This document shows, piece after piece, positions 36,565-45,481 of a DNA stretch of 46,422 nucleotides. The position numbers and the translations under genes were made by a program. Every line of letters starts with the position of its first letter. The stretch's first letter is position 1. The notes under the pieces are model-generated. The model made no database searches, was not told the DNA's origin, and worked only from the letters and a program-made list of their open reading frames with translations. Source of the stretch: Nitrososphaerota archaeon (GTDB lineage: Archaea; Thermoproteota; Nitrososphaeria_A; Caldarchaeales; Calditenuaceae); assembly GCA_033581555.1 (NCBI GenBank), contig JAVQSZ010000008.1, forward strand, positions 47,433-93,854, given 5' to 3'.

Positions 36565-37119
36565 ATGGTCAGCGTGAGGAGGCATACCGCGCTTACCGCG
36601 CTGATCACCGTGGTCGCGTACACGGTCCTGACCTACCTCCTGCTGGCGCCCAGAGAGCACACCGGAGGCGGGATACTGGTGGAGGTCCTGCCCCACGCGA
36701 TCGCAGCGGTCAACCTCGCCGGCTTCCTGTCGCTGCAGCTGGGCTTCAGGGCGATAAGGAGGGGAGACGTCAGGTCCCATAAGGCCTTCATGCTGGCGAG
36801 CTTCGTCCTCATCACGGCGTTCCTCGTGATGTACGTCTCGAGGCTCTTCCTGGGAGGAGTCGAGGTCTACAGGGGCCCGGAGCTCCTGAGGAACTTCGTC
36901 TACCTCCCGGTCCTCACGGTCCACCTGGCCCTCTCGATCGTCTCGGTGCCGCTGGTCCTCTTCAACATCCTCACGGGAGGGACTCTACCGGTCGCGGCGA
37001 TCTCCGAGACGCCCCACGCGAGGGTCGGGAAGGTGGCCTACGTCGCCTGGTCAGTCAGCCTAGCCCTGGGAGTCGTGGTCTACGTCTTCCTGAGGTTCCT
37101 GAACGTCCCCGAGCACTAG
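36565..37119 (+). CDS. DUF420-family membrane protein
   Basis: LPHAIA, HKAFMLASF, FLVMYV, VYLPVLTVHLALS, HARVGK, GVVVY. Confidence 0.82.
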   Translation: MVSVRRHTALTALITVVAYTVLTYLLLAPREHTGGGILVEVLPHAIAAVNLAGFLSLQLGFRAIRRGDVRSHKAFMLASFVLITAFLVMYVSRLFLGGVEVYRGPELLRNFVYLPVLTVHLALSIVSVPLVLFNILTGGTLPVAAISETPHARVGKVAYVAWSVSLALGVVVYVFLRFLNVPEH

Positions 37120-37970
37120 GCCTCCGAGGCCTCGCAGAGCGTCCTGTAGTCGGACTCCTCCAGCCTCCACCCCGAAGCCCCCGCGTTCTCCTCCAGATGC
37201 CTCCTCGAGACGGCCTTCGGTATCGTGACGACGTTCTCGTGGTGGATCACCCAGTTGAGGGCGACCTGGACAGGCGTGACGCCGTACTTCCTCGCGACCC
37301 TCGAGAGCTCCCTTCCGAGCCTCGTCCCCCTCTCGATCTCCGCGGGTATCCTGCCCTGGGCCAGGGGGCTGTAGGCCGTGACCGTGATCCCTTCCTTCCT
37401 GCAGTAAGGGAGGAGGTCCCGCTCGATCGACCTGTTGAGGAGGTTGTACTCGACCTGGTTCGCGACGACGTCCGTCACCGAGAGACAGCTCCTCGCCTCC
37501 TCCAGCAGCTCGACCGAGAAGTTGCTGACACCGATGTGCCTTATCTTCCCCTCCTTGTAGAGCCTCTCGAGGGCCCTCATCGACTCCCTCAGAGGCACCT
37601 CATCCGACGGCCAGTGTATCATGTAGAGGTCGACGTACTTCAGCCCGAGCCTCCTCAGGCTCATCTCGCAGGACCTCAGGACTTGATCGTACCTCAGGTT
37701 GGTCGGCCAGACCTTCGTCGCCACGAAGACTTCGTCCCTGGGGAAGTCCCTGATCGCCTCGCCCACGAGCTCCTCCGAGTGGCCACCGCCGTACATCTCA
37801 GCGGTGTCGACGTGTGTCATCCCCAGCTGGACAGCGTACCTGATCGCCTCGACGCACTCCCTGTCCCTGCTGTGGTCCGGCCTCGGTCCTCCGCCCATCC
37901 TCCAAGTCCCGAGCCCGATCTCCGCGATCAGCTCGGAGGTCTTCCCTAACCTCCTCTTCAGCACCGCCAC
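37116..37970 (-). CDS. Aldo/keto reductase
   Basis: IGLGTW, DTAEMYG, ATKV, DLYMIHWP, IGVSNF, NQVEY, AYSPL, IPK. Confidence 0.95.
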   Translation of the reverse strand: MAVLKRRLGKTSELIAEIGLGTWRMGGGPRPDHSRDRECVEAIRYAVQLGMTHVDTAEMYGGGHSEELVGEAIRDFPRDEVFVATKVWPTNLRYDQVLRSCEMSLRRLGLKYVDLYMIHWPSDEVPLRESMRALERLYKEGKIRHIGVSNFSVELLEEARSCLSVTDVVANQVEYNLLNRSIERDLLPYCRKEGITVTAYSPLAQGRIPAEIERGTRLGRELSRVARKYGVTPVQVALNWVIHHENVVTIPKAVSRRHLEENAGASGWRLEESDYRTLCEASEA

Positions 37971-37982
37971 CCGCAGGCCACC

Positions 37983-39302
37983 TCACTCGTACTTCAGTGC
38001 CCTGACCGGGTCTATCCTCGAGGCCCTCCAGGCGGGGTAGAGACCGCTGAGGATCCCGACCAGCGCGCCGATGCCCATCGCGAGGGGAATCCACTCGGGC
38101 CTGATCACGACCGGGAGCGGGACGGAGACGAAGGGACCCGAGTTCAGGAAGAAGACGCCCAGCGCTATCCCCAGCGGCACGGCGATGAGGGCGCCTATCA
38201 TGCCGATCAGCGAGGCCTCGAAGAGGAACATGTTGAGGACGTCCCGCCGCTTCGCCCCTATCGCCCTGAGGACCCCGATCTCCTTCGTCCTCTCGGTGAC
38301 GTTGACCAACATGATGTTTGCGATCCCGATCGACCCGACCAGCAGCGCGAACGACCCTATTTGCAGGACAAAGCCCGCGAAGAGCTGGATCTGCTCCCTT
38401 AGGAACTGAACGACCTCGCCTGCAGAGATCGTTATGAACTTCAGGTTCGGGACGTCCCTCCTCCTGAACTTCTCCGCGTCGGAGCTGGTCCTGAAGTACT
38501 CGAGGACCCTCTCCTTGACCTCCTCGAGCTCCGCGACCGAGTTGACCCTGATCCCGATGACCCTGTAGACCCTCTGGACTCCGGCCCCTGGAACCGGGCG
38601 CTCGATGTTGTAGTAGTAGTCGGTGCTCAGGTAGGCCGCGTTCTGGAAGACGAACGGTATGTCCTTGAGTATCCCGACGATCCTGGCCTGCACCGACCTC
38701 CTCACACCCTCCTCGACGAAGTTGAGCTCGACGGTCCTCCCCAGGACCAGGTCGAGCCTCTCCTCGTCCCCGAGTTCCTTCGCGATCCTCCTCGCGATGT
38801 CGTAGGTCACGACGGTCTCGAACTCGTTCCTGAAGGCCCTGCCCATGTGGAGCTGGTTGGGGGTGAAAGCGTTCGGCGTGCTGGCGACTATCCTGAAGCC
38901 CACCAGCCCCGTGGAGATCACCTTTCCCCTGAACTTGATCGGGCTCGTCAGGTCGGGCTGGAGGTCTCCGAGCGTGTAGACCTCCTTGACTCCCGGGATC
39001 CTGCTGACGACCGCCATGTCCTTCTGGGTGATCATGGGGTTTTGGTGGATGTAGAAGCCCATCGCCCCGACCCCCGACCTGACCTCGCCGACGGTCACCG
39101 TGAAGGCGTCCGGCGCGAAGAGGTCCGTGAACCTCGAGATGAAGTAGGTCTCCACGCTCGAGGACATCATCACGATCGTGATCACCGTCGCGACACCGAA
39201 GATGACTCCGAGGGTCGTGAGGATCGACCTGAACTTGTGCGCAGAGACGTTCGACCAGGCCACCAGGAAGAGCTCCCTCGCTCTCAAGCCTCCGCTGGCC
39301 AC
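37983..39302 (-). CDS. MacB/FtsX-family ABC transporter permease
   Basis: KFRSILTTLGVIFGV, GIANIMLVNVTERTKEIGVLRAIGA, YPAWRASRIDPVRALKYE. Confidence 0.93.
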   Translation of the reverse strand: MASGGLRARELFLVAWSNVSAHKFRSILTTLGVIFGVATVITIVMMSSSVETYFISRFTDLFAPDAFTVTVGEVRSGVGAMGFYIHQNPMITQKDMAVVSRIPGVKEVYTLGDLQPDLTSPIKFRGKVISTGLVGFRIVASTPNAFTPNQLHMGRAFRNEFETVVTYDIARRIAKELGDEERLDLVLGRTVELNFVEEGVRRSVQARIVGILKDIPFVFQNAAYLSTDYYYNIERPVPGAGVQRVYRVIGIRVNSVAELEEVKERVLEYFRTSSDAEKFRRRDVPNLKFITISAGEVVQFLREQIQLFAGFVLQIGSFALLVGSIGIANIMLVNVTERTKEIGVLRAIGAKRRDVLNMFLFEASLIGMIGALIAVPLGIALGVFFLNSGPFVSVPLPVVIRPEWIPLAMGIGALVGILSGLYPAWRASRIDPVRALKYE

Positions 39303-39344
39303 TCTGGGTACGGGCGAGTTAAAAGTGCTTAACCGGGACTCGGG

Positions 39345-41255
39345 TCAGAAGAGGCCCAGCACCCTGCCCAACAGGAAGATCACCAGCACCAGGACCCCTA
39401 GGGCGATGCTGGCGACGTTGACGTTGCTGCTCCCGGTCTGGATGTACCTGAAGGCCTGGACGAAGTAGACGAAGGCCTTCGCGGAGGAGTAGTTGAGCCC
39501 GTCGATCACCCGCTCCTCGAGGTTCCTCCTGACCCAAGAGGAGAGCCTGATGAAGCCCGTGACGAAGACCAGCTCGAACGCCTGGTCGATGTAGTAGCGG
39601 TTCACGAGCAGCCTGTGGACGGGCCTGAGGGCGCCCTCCCTGACCCTCGCCGGATCCATCTTCCCAGAGAGGTAGAACAGGTATGAGACGCCGAACCCGG
39701 AGACCAGGACGAACGCGGAGACCACGTAAGCCAGCGGGTCGACCTTAACGTGCTCGACGCCTAGGTAGTGGAGGAACTCCTCCTCCAGCGGTGGAAGGCC
39801 CAGGACGGCCGCGAGCGCCGCGAGTATCACCAGCGGGACCGTCATGACCTTCGGCGACTCGTGGAGCCCTCCGTGGCCGTCGGCGTGTGCGTGCGGTGGC
39901 AGGTGGCCCCTGAACTCTCCGAGGAAGACCTTGCTGATCCACCTCATGCTGTAGACGACTGTCAGGACCGAGGCGGCCGCGACCAGCGCCAGCGGGACCC
40001 AGTGACCTCCCTTGATCAGCGAGTTGATGACCAGGTCCTTCGTGAAGAACCCGCTCAGCGGCGGGACCCCCGAGAGGCTGAGGGCGCCCACCAGCGCGGT
40101 GTAGAAGGTGACCGGCATGTGCTTCCTGAGCCCTCCCATCTGGTCGATGTCGTTGGTCGCGACCGCGTGGATCACCGAGCCGGCCGCGAGGAAGAGAAGC
40201 GCCTTGAAGGCCGAGTGGCTGAGCAGGTGGTAGACCCCGGAGGCCCATCCCGCGACCGAGCCGGCGCCGATCGCAGCGAACATCAGGGCCAACTGGCTGA
40301 TCGTCGAGTACGCTACAACCCTCTTGATGTCGTTCATGACGAGGCCCATCGTGGCAGCGAAGAGCGAGGTGAAGCTCCCTATCGTGATCATCAGCGCGTA
40401 CCAGTCCGCGAGCTGGGCCGTGCCGAAGTGCTCGACGGGGACCAGCGTCCAAGAGTACCTCGCCATCAGGTAGACCCCGGCCTTGACCATCGTGGCCGCG
40501 TGGATGAGCGCGCTGACCGGAGTCGGGCCCTCCATCGCGTCCGGTAGCCAGACGTGGAGCGGGAACTGGGCCGACTTGCCCATCGCTCCCCCGAAGGCCA
40601 GCAACATAGCCAGCGTCATGAAGCCGGGGTCGATCCCCTGAGCGTGGACCTTGTGGGCGATCTCAGAGACGCTGAGCGTCCCGAACCTTGAGAAGAGGAG
40701 CGCGATCGACGCGAAGAGCATGACGTCGCCTATCCTCGTGGTGACGAAGGCCTTGATCCCGGCCAACCTCGCCTCCTTCCTGTGGTAGTAGAAGCTGATC
40801 AGCCCGTAGCTGCAGATCCCGACGATCTCCCATCCTATGTAGATGCCCGCGAGGCTGTCAGAGACGACCAGCAGCGTCATGCCTCCGATGAAGAAGGTCA
40901 TGAAGAACCAGTACCTCGGGAGGCCCTCCTCATGGGCCATGTAACCCACGGAGTAGATCAGGATCAGGAGCCCGATGCCGTTCGCGATGACCGCCATCAG
41001 GACCGAGAGCGGGTCGAGCAGCACCCCGAACTCGATCCTGGTCCCGCCCGGGAGGACGAGCCAAGGAGCCTCAACGACCTGGGCAGGCTTTCCGTAGACG
41101 TCAGGGACCATCGAGACCGCGAAGGCGGTGGACGCGGCCACCAGCGAGATCGAGTAGAGCTCTCCGGCCCGCTTCCCGAGCCTGAAGAACGCGGGGACGA
41201 GCGGCGACCCCAGGATCGGTATCAGCCAGACGAGCCAGGGCGCGTAGGGCAGCAT
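39345..41255 (-). CDS. nuoL: NADH-quinone oxidoreductase subunit L
   Basis: GWEIVGICSYGLI, KAFVTTRIGD, GKSAQFPLHVWLPDAMEGPTPVSALIHAATMV, AYSTISQ, HSAFKALLFL. Confidence 0.95.
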   Translation of the reverse strand: MLPYAPWLVWLIPILGSPLVPAFFRLGKRAGELYSISLVAASTAFAVSMVPDVYGKPAQVVEAPWLVLPGGTRIEFGVLLDPLSVLMAVIANGIGLLILIYSVGYMAHEEGLPRYWFFMTFFIGGMTLLVVSDSLAGIYIGWEIVGICSYGLISFYYHRKEARLAGIKAFVTTRIGDVMLFASIALLFSRFGTLSVSEIAHKVHAQGIDPGFMTLAMLLAFGGAMGKSAQFPLHVWLPDAMEGPTPVSALIHAATMVKAGVYLMARYSWTLVPVEHFGTAQLADWYALMITIGSFTSLFAATMGLVMNDIKRVVAYSTISQLALMFAAIGAGSVAGWASGVYHLLSHSAFKALLFLAAGSVIHAVATNDIDQMGGLRKHMPVTFYTALVGALSLSGVPPLSGFFTKDLVINSLIKGGHWVPLALVAAASVLTVVYSMRWISKVFLGEFRGHLPPHAHADGHGGLHESPKVMTVPLVILAALAAVLGLPPLEEEFLHYLGVEHVKVDPLAYVVSAFVLVSGFGVSYLFYLSGKMDPARVREGALRPVHRLLVNRYYIDQAFELVFVTGFIRLSSWVRRNLEERVIDGLNYSSAKAFVYFVQAFRYIQTGSSNVNVASIALGVLVLVIFLLGRVLGLF

Positions 41256-41371
41256 GACCCTCGGACTGCCCGGAACTCCCTCGATAAAGGCTTGACCCCC
41301 TCCGGAGGGGCCCAGGCCTCACGGAGGCTCGGGGACCAAGGGTTATCTCCGCCCAGCCCGATGTGTTAACG

Positions 41372-41665
41372 ATGGTCAGGGTTCAGAAGAGGGACGGGAG
41401 CGAGGAGCCCTTCGCGTACGAGAAGGTCGTGGTGAGCTGCCTGAAGGCCGGGGCGACCCTCGAGGCGGCGAGGAAGGTCGCGAAGATCGTCGAGGGCAGG
41501 CTGCTGGAGAGGGGGATGGAGAGGATAACCGCGAAGGAGCTGACGTCGTGGATACTCGAGCTCCTCAGGAAGGAGAACGAGGAGTGGTACAGGAACTGGA
41601 TAATCTTCGACAAGGCGGTCAAGAGGAGGGACACCGAGAAGGAGCTGGGCGCTGTCAGGAAGTGA
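41372..41665 (+). CDS. Stand-alone ATP-cone domain protein
   Basis: VQKRDGSEEPF..EKVVVSCLKAGA; 97 aa. Confidence 0.85.
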   Translation: MVRVQKRDGSEEPFAYEKVVVSCLKAGATLEAARKVAKIVEGRLLERGMERITAKELTSWILELLRKENEEWYRNWIIFDKAVKRRDTEKELGAVRK

Positions 41666-41722
41666 GTCGGAGGGGACCGACTAGGGCAAACCGTGATCTA
41701 TGCGGCGTAACTGAGTAGTGTC

Positions 41723-42193
41723 GTGAGGAGGCTTGCTTGGGTCGCGCTGACGGGAGCCATCGCGGTCGCGCTGGTCGGCGCGTGGGTCGCCTCGGGCATC
41801 GGGAGGGGAGGGCCTGAGCTCGGGCCCTGCGCGGGCGACTTGGGCGTCGACGAGGAGAAGGGCGTGAGGTTGACGCTGAGCCCCGCGGTGGTGAAGAGGG
41901 GCATCAGGTCGATCGAGTACACGATACGTAACGGGAGGGACAGCCCAATCTACTTCGGAGCGCCTTACGACGTCCAGAGGTTCGAGGGGGGCAAGTGGAC
42001 TTCGGTCGAGTGGATGAAGGACCTCGTCTGGATCATGATCCTATACTCGCTGGGCCCTGGCGATTCGATGACCCTGAGGGTCTACCTACCTGACGACGTC
42101 GAGCCCGGTTGCTATCGCCTCGTCAAGACGGTGATGCTCCGGGACTTCGGCGACGAGCTGGTGCTCACCGCGACCTTCCTGGTTCGGGACTGA
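41723..42193 (+). CDS. Membrane-anchored immunoglobulin-like domain protein
   Basis: N-terminal TM; YTIRNG..IYFGAPY.VQRFEGGKW, LGPGDS, PGCYRLVK. Confidence 0.65.
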   Translation: MRRLAWVALTGAIAVALVGAWVASGIGRGGPELGPCAGDLGVDEEKGVRLTLSPAVVKRGIRSIEYTIRNGRDSPIYFGAPYDVQRFEGGKWTSVEWMKDLVWIMILYSLGPGDSMTLRVYLPDDVEPGCYRLVKTVMLRDFGDELVLTATFLVRD

Positions 42194-42240
42194 GACTGGG
42201 CCCATGAGGGTTAAATCGGAGGATGGCGTTGATTCCGCGG

Positions 42241-42351
42241 GCCGGGGTACCTCAGCTGGCTAGAGGCGCAAGCCGGACAGAGGGCCGCGCTCATAATCCC
42301 CCGGTGAGGGATGAATCGCGGTTGTCGTGGGTTCGAATCCCACCCCCGGCA
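42241..42351 (+). tRNA. Elongator tRNA-Met(CAT) with two introns (about 42264-42280 at 22/23 and 42297-42316 at 38/39)
   Basis: Acceptor GCCGGGG/CCCCGGC+A; removing both BHB-like inserts restores D-arm CCTC/GAGG and anticodon arm CCGCG-CTCATAA-CGCGG. Confidence 0.88.
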
Positions 42352-42531
42352 GGTTCAACAGGGTCTCTCATGAGATTCTAAACTAGGTGTCATCAACGAA
42401 ACTTGGCCCTCGAATTGGAGGAACAGAGAGAGGATGAGGGTTACGAAATGCATTCAGCACGAAAAACAGTAACTCAATAAACAGAATATCTACAGACTAC
42501 ATCAAAAATAAAAAACGAAGAGGAGAGGTTA

Positions 42532-42990
42532 TTACTCGGGGTTGCAGGTCATCGATGCAGTCGTCGGTGCCCATGCGCCGGTTCCAGTTCCAAGAGTGGC
42601 TAGCACCGCTGTCGGGTAGGACTTGCCGCCTGCGCTGTAGAACGCAAGCTCAACCGTAACTCCGGGAGGCGGGGAATCTACGTCTACGTCACACTGAACT
42701 GTCCGACCGACGGGTACCGGGACCGGGGTAGCCGGAGTGCCTATGGCCCTGCCCTGCACGACGACCTGAATTATCGAGGTGTCCGCAGATCCGGTGTTCC
42801 TAAGCCTCACCCTGAACGTGTTATCGTCGATCATAACAGCCGAGACGATCTCCAGCTTCTCGAACCTCGTGAAGACTCCGACCAGACCCGACGCCCAGAA
42901 CGCCACCGCGATCGCGATCACGATCGCGACAGCTACTAGGATCACCGTCGCGACTACTGGGCTTATCGCCTTCTTTCCTCGCGCCTTCAT
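42532..42990 (-). CDS. Archaeal type IV pilin
   Basis: Class III signal peptide KKA|ISPVVATVILVAVAIVIAIAVAFW; T-rich terminator-like tract downstream. Confidence 0.92.
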   Translation of the reverse strand: MKARGKKAISPVVATVILVAVAIVIAIAVAFWASGLVGVFTRFEKLEIVSAVMIDDNTFRVRLRNTGSADTSIIQVVVQGRAIGTPATPVPVPVGRTVQCDVDVDSPPPGVTVELAFYSAGGKSYPTAVLATLGTGTGAWAPTTASMTCNPE

Positions 42991-43158
42991 CTCGCATAGT
43001 CTTCAGTATACCCAAAACTTAAGGATTTGAAGGCAGAAGCGGGTGTTTTAGCCTGACATGATGATTAACTGATTAACATCCCAAGAAAGTGTCGATTCAC
43101 AACAAATACTTAAGGTTGTTTTCACGATCACCAATAGAGGCTTTAGCTGATTAACAGA

Positions 43159-43608
43159 TTAGAAACAGTTCACCCCTTCCACACCGCCGGCGAACGGCCC
43201 CTGAGCCGAGCCGTAGTTGGCCACGAAAGCCGTCGGGAACCTCTTGCCCGTGCTCGTGATCACCACGAGCTCGACGACGACACCGGCCGGAAGGTCACCG
43301 TTGAGGCTGATCCTGCAGGTCACTAAGGCCCCGGTCCCGACCTCGACTACGCGCGGCAACCTGTAGTGCAGCCTCCCCATCAGCTCGATCGCTGCGACCG
43401 ACGTGACCGCGACGCCCGGATTCTTCACGACGAGCTCGATCGTCCTGGCGTCGACTGCCCTCGCGCTGATGACCTCGAGCCTCTCGAAGGGCGTGAGTTG
43501 GGAGACGTAGCCGAGTGCCCAGTAGGCCGCCGCGACCGCGGCAAGCACCCCGACGGCGATGAGCACGACCTCCGAGGCCGAGACCTCCATCCTGAGGAGA
43601 GTCCTCAC
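43159..43608 (-). CDS. Pilin-like paralogue with atypical signal peptide
   Basis: Shares FERLEVISA, VKNPG...TS, GKRFPTA pattern with the adjacent pilin; hydrophobic N-terminus. Confidence 0.75.
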   Translation of the reverse strand: MRTLLRMEVSASEVVLIAVGVLAAVAAAYWALGYVSQLTPFERLEVISARAVDARTIELVVKNPGVAVTSVAAIELMGRLHYRLPRVVEVGTGALVTCRISLNGDLPAGVVVELVVITSTGKRFPTAFVANYGSAQGPFAGGVEGVNCF

Positions 43609-43698
43609 GTATCCAGTATATCTCTAAAATGCTGACCTCACCGGTCAACTGATTCGGTCCGAAAAGCTTTTACGGGATCGGGGAGGAGAGGGGACGGC

Positions 43699-45477
43699 AT
43701 GGGCGTCGCCGATTCGTTCGCGTCCTTCTCGTTCGCTTACTTCAAGGACCTCGGCAACAGGGTGGTCCTCCGTCTGGCTCCGGGCATACCGGAGAAGCTC
43801 GATGCGACCGGGAAGCGGATACACCCCGAGGTCTTCGCATCGATGGTGATGGCCGCCTTTTTCATCTCGCTCGGAGTCACTGGTGCGGTTATGGCCGCGG
43901 TCTACCTGATCACGCTCAACCCTCTCTACGTAGTCCTGCTAGCTCCCGTACCGCTGCTCGTGTTGCTATTCGGCATAGCCTATCCGTACCTCTCGGCGGT
44001 GAACGCGGCCTCCATGTACGAGAGCGAGGTCCCCTACGCCGCGGCCTACCTAGCGGTGATGTCGACCGGGGGGATTCCGCCCTACAAGAGCCTTGAGCGA
44101 CTCTCTGACAGCGACCTCCTCCCGAGCATAGCGAGGTCGGCTAGGATCGCCCAGATCCACGTCAAGGTCGCGGGAGAGGACCCGGTGACCGCGATAGAGA
44201 AGATGGCTAAGGGCCTGCCCTCGAAGGAGTACAGGGACCTGCTGCTGGGTTACGCGTCAACCCTCAGGAGCGGCGGCGACGTCGTCCACTACCTGATCCG
44301 GAAGACCGAGCAGATCTTCACGGGGAGGATGGGGACGATGAGGATCGTCGGCGAGAGGATGGGAATGCTGATGGAGGGGTTCGCGGCGATCACGATGATG
44401 CTCTCGCTGGTCCTCTTCACGATCTACATCATCTCGAGGGCACTACCTTCGGAGTTCATGGTGATGCCCCAGGAGCAGTTCGTGATCATAGCTTACGTGA
44501 TACTCCCTACGCTCTCGATCGTCTTCGTCTACATCGCCGACATCAGCCAGCCCAAGTACCCCCAGACCGACCCCAGGCCCATGAGGGTCTTCTACCTCAC
44601 GATGCCCGCGGGGCTAGTGTTCCTGTTCCTCTTCGTGTTCCCCTTCTTCGTGTCAGAGCTGAGGACGATCCCGGCCCTCAACTTCACCTCCTCGCTCATG
44701 GTAGCGTTCAGGTCCGTGCTGGGGCTCGAGCCCGGCTACGAGTCCTCTCTGGCTCTCTGTCTGACCTTCATCGTTCTCTTCCTGCCCGGCGCGGTCGCGT
44801 TCAGGGTCTACAGCTCCGAGAACTTCTCCGTCATTCACGGCATGACCCTGTTCCTCAGGGACCTCACGGAGGTCAGGAAGACCGGTCTTAGCCCAGAGCA
44901 GTGCATCATCGACCTCTCCCGAAACTCCTACGGCGCCTTCTCGAAGAGGCTGAACGAGATCGCGAGGCAGATCAGCTGGGGCATACCGCTCAAGAAGATC
45001 TACCAGGACTTCGCGAAGAGGACCTACGGATGGTTGGAGAAGGCCGGGATGTTCATACTGATCGATGCGATCGACGTCGGCGGAGGCGCCCCCGAGACGC
45101 TTGAGGTATTGGCGAGGTTCTCCGAGGACCTGGAGGAGATAGAGCGGCAGAAGCGCGCCACGCTCAGGCCCCTGATGATGATCCCATACCTGACGGCCAT
45201 TCTTCTGGTCGTGGTGGTCGTGATACTGATCGTCTTCATGAGGGAGCTCCTCAAGGTCGCCCGGATGCCGATATCCATCGCGGAATTCGTCGGCTCATTC
45301 CTTCCCCCCGTGATCTTCATCGCGGCGATAAGCGGCCTGGTTGCCGGGAAGATCTCGACATCCAGGATAGCCGGGGGCTTCGTCCACGCAACGGTGTTAT
45401 CGGTCGTCTCGCTGCTGGCGATCTGGATCTCGGGAGTATTGGCCGTCCAGATCTTCCAGCTGCCCGCCGTGGGCTGA
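43699..45477 (+). CDS. Type II/IV secretion system membrane platform protein (TadC/FlaJ, T2SSF family)
   Basis: Two T2SSF-like repeats (EVPYAAAYLAVMSTGG..P; FLRDLTEVRKTG; DVGGGAPETL), multiple TMs, divergent from pilins. Confidence 0.9.
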   Translation: MGVADSFASFSFAYFKDLGNRVVLRLAPGIPEKLDATGKRIHPEVFASMVMAAFFISLGVTGAVMAAVYLITLNPLYVVLLAPVPLLVLLFGIAYPYLSAVNAASMYESEVPYAAAYLAVMSTGGIPPYKSLERLSDSDLLPSIARSARIAQIHVKVAGEDPVTAIEKMAKGLPSKEYRDLLLGYASTLRSGGDVVHYLIRKTEQIFTGRMGTMRIVGERMGMLMEGFAAITMMLSLVLFTIYIISRALPSEFMVMPQEQFVIIAYVILPTLSIVFVYIADISQPKYPQTDPRPMRVFYLTMPAGLVFLFLFVFPFFVSELRTIPALNFTSSLMVAFRSVLGLEPGYESSLALCLTFIVLFLPGAVAFRVYSSENFSVIHGMTLFLRDLTEVRKTGLSPEQCIIDLSRNSYGAFSKRLNEIARQISWGIPLKKIYQDFAKRTYGWLEKAGMFILIDAIDVGGGAPETLEVLARFSEDLEEIERQKRATLRPLMMIPYLTAILLVVVVVILIVFMRELLKVARMPISIAEFVGSFLPPVIFIAAISGLVAGKISTSRIAGGFVHATVLSVVSLLAIWISGVLAVQIFQLPAVG

Positions 45478-45481
45478 TGGG

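Noticed and set aside
42352-42531. AT-rich stretch after tRNA-Met as an integrated element or ncRNA
   Set aside because: Short, with no tRNA repeat, ORF or clear structure; contains the pilin terminator tract
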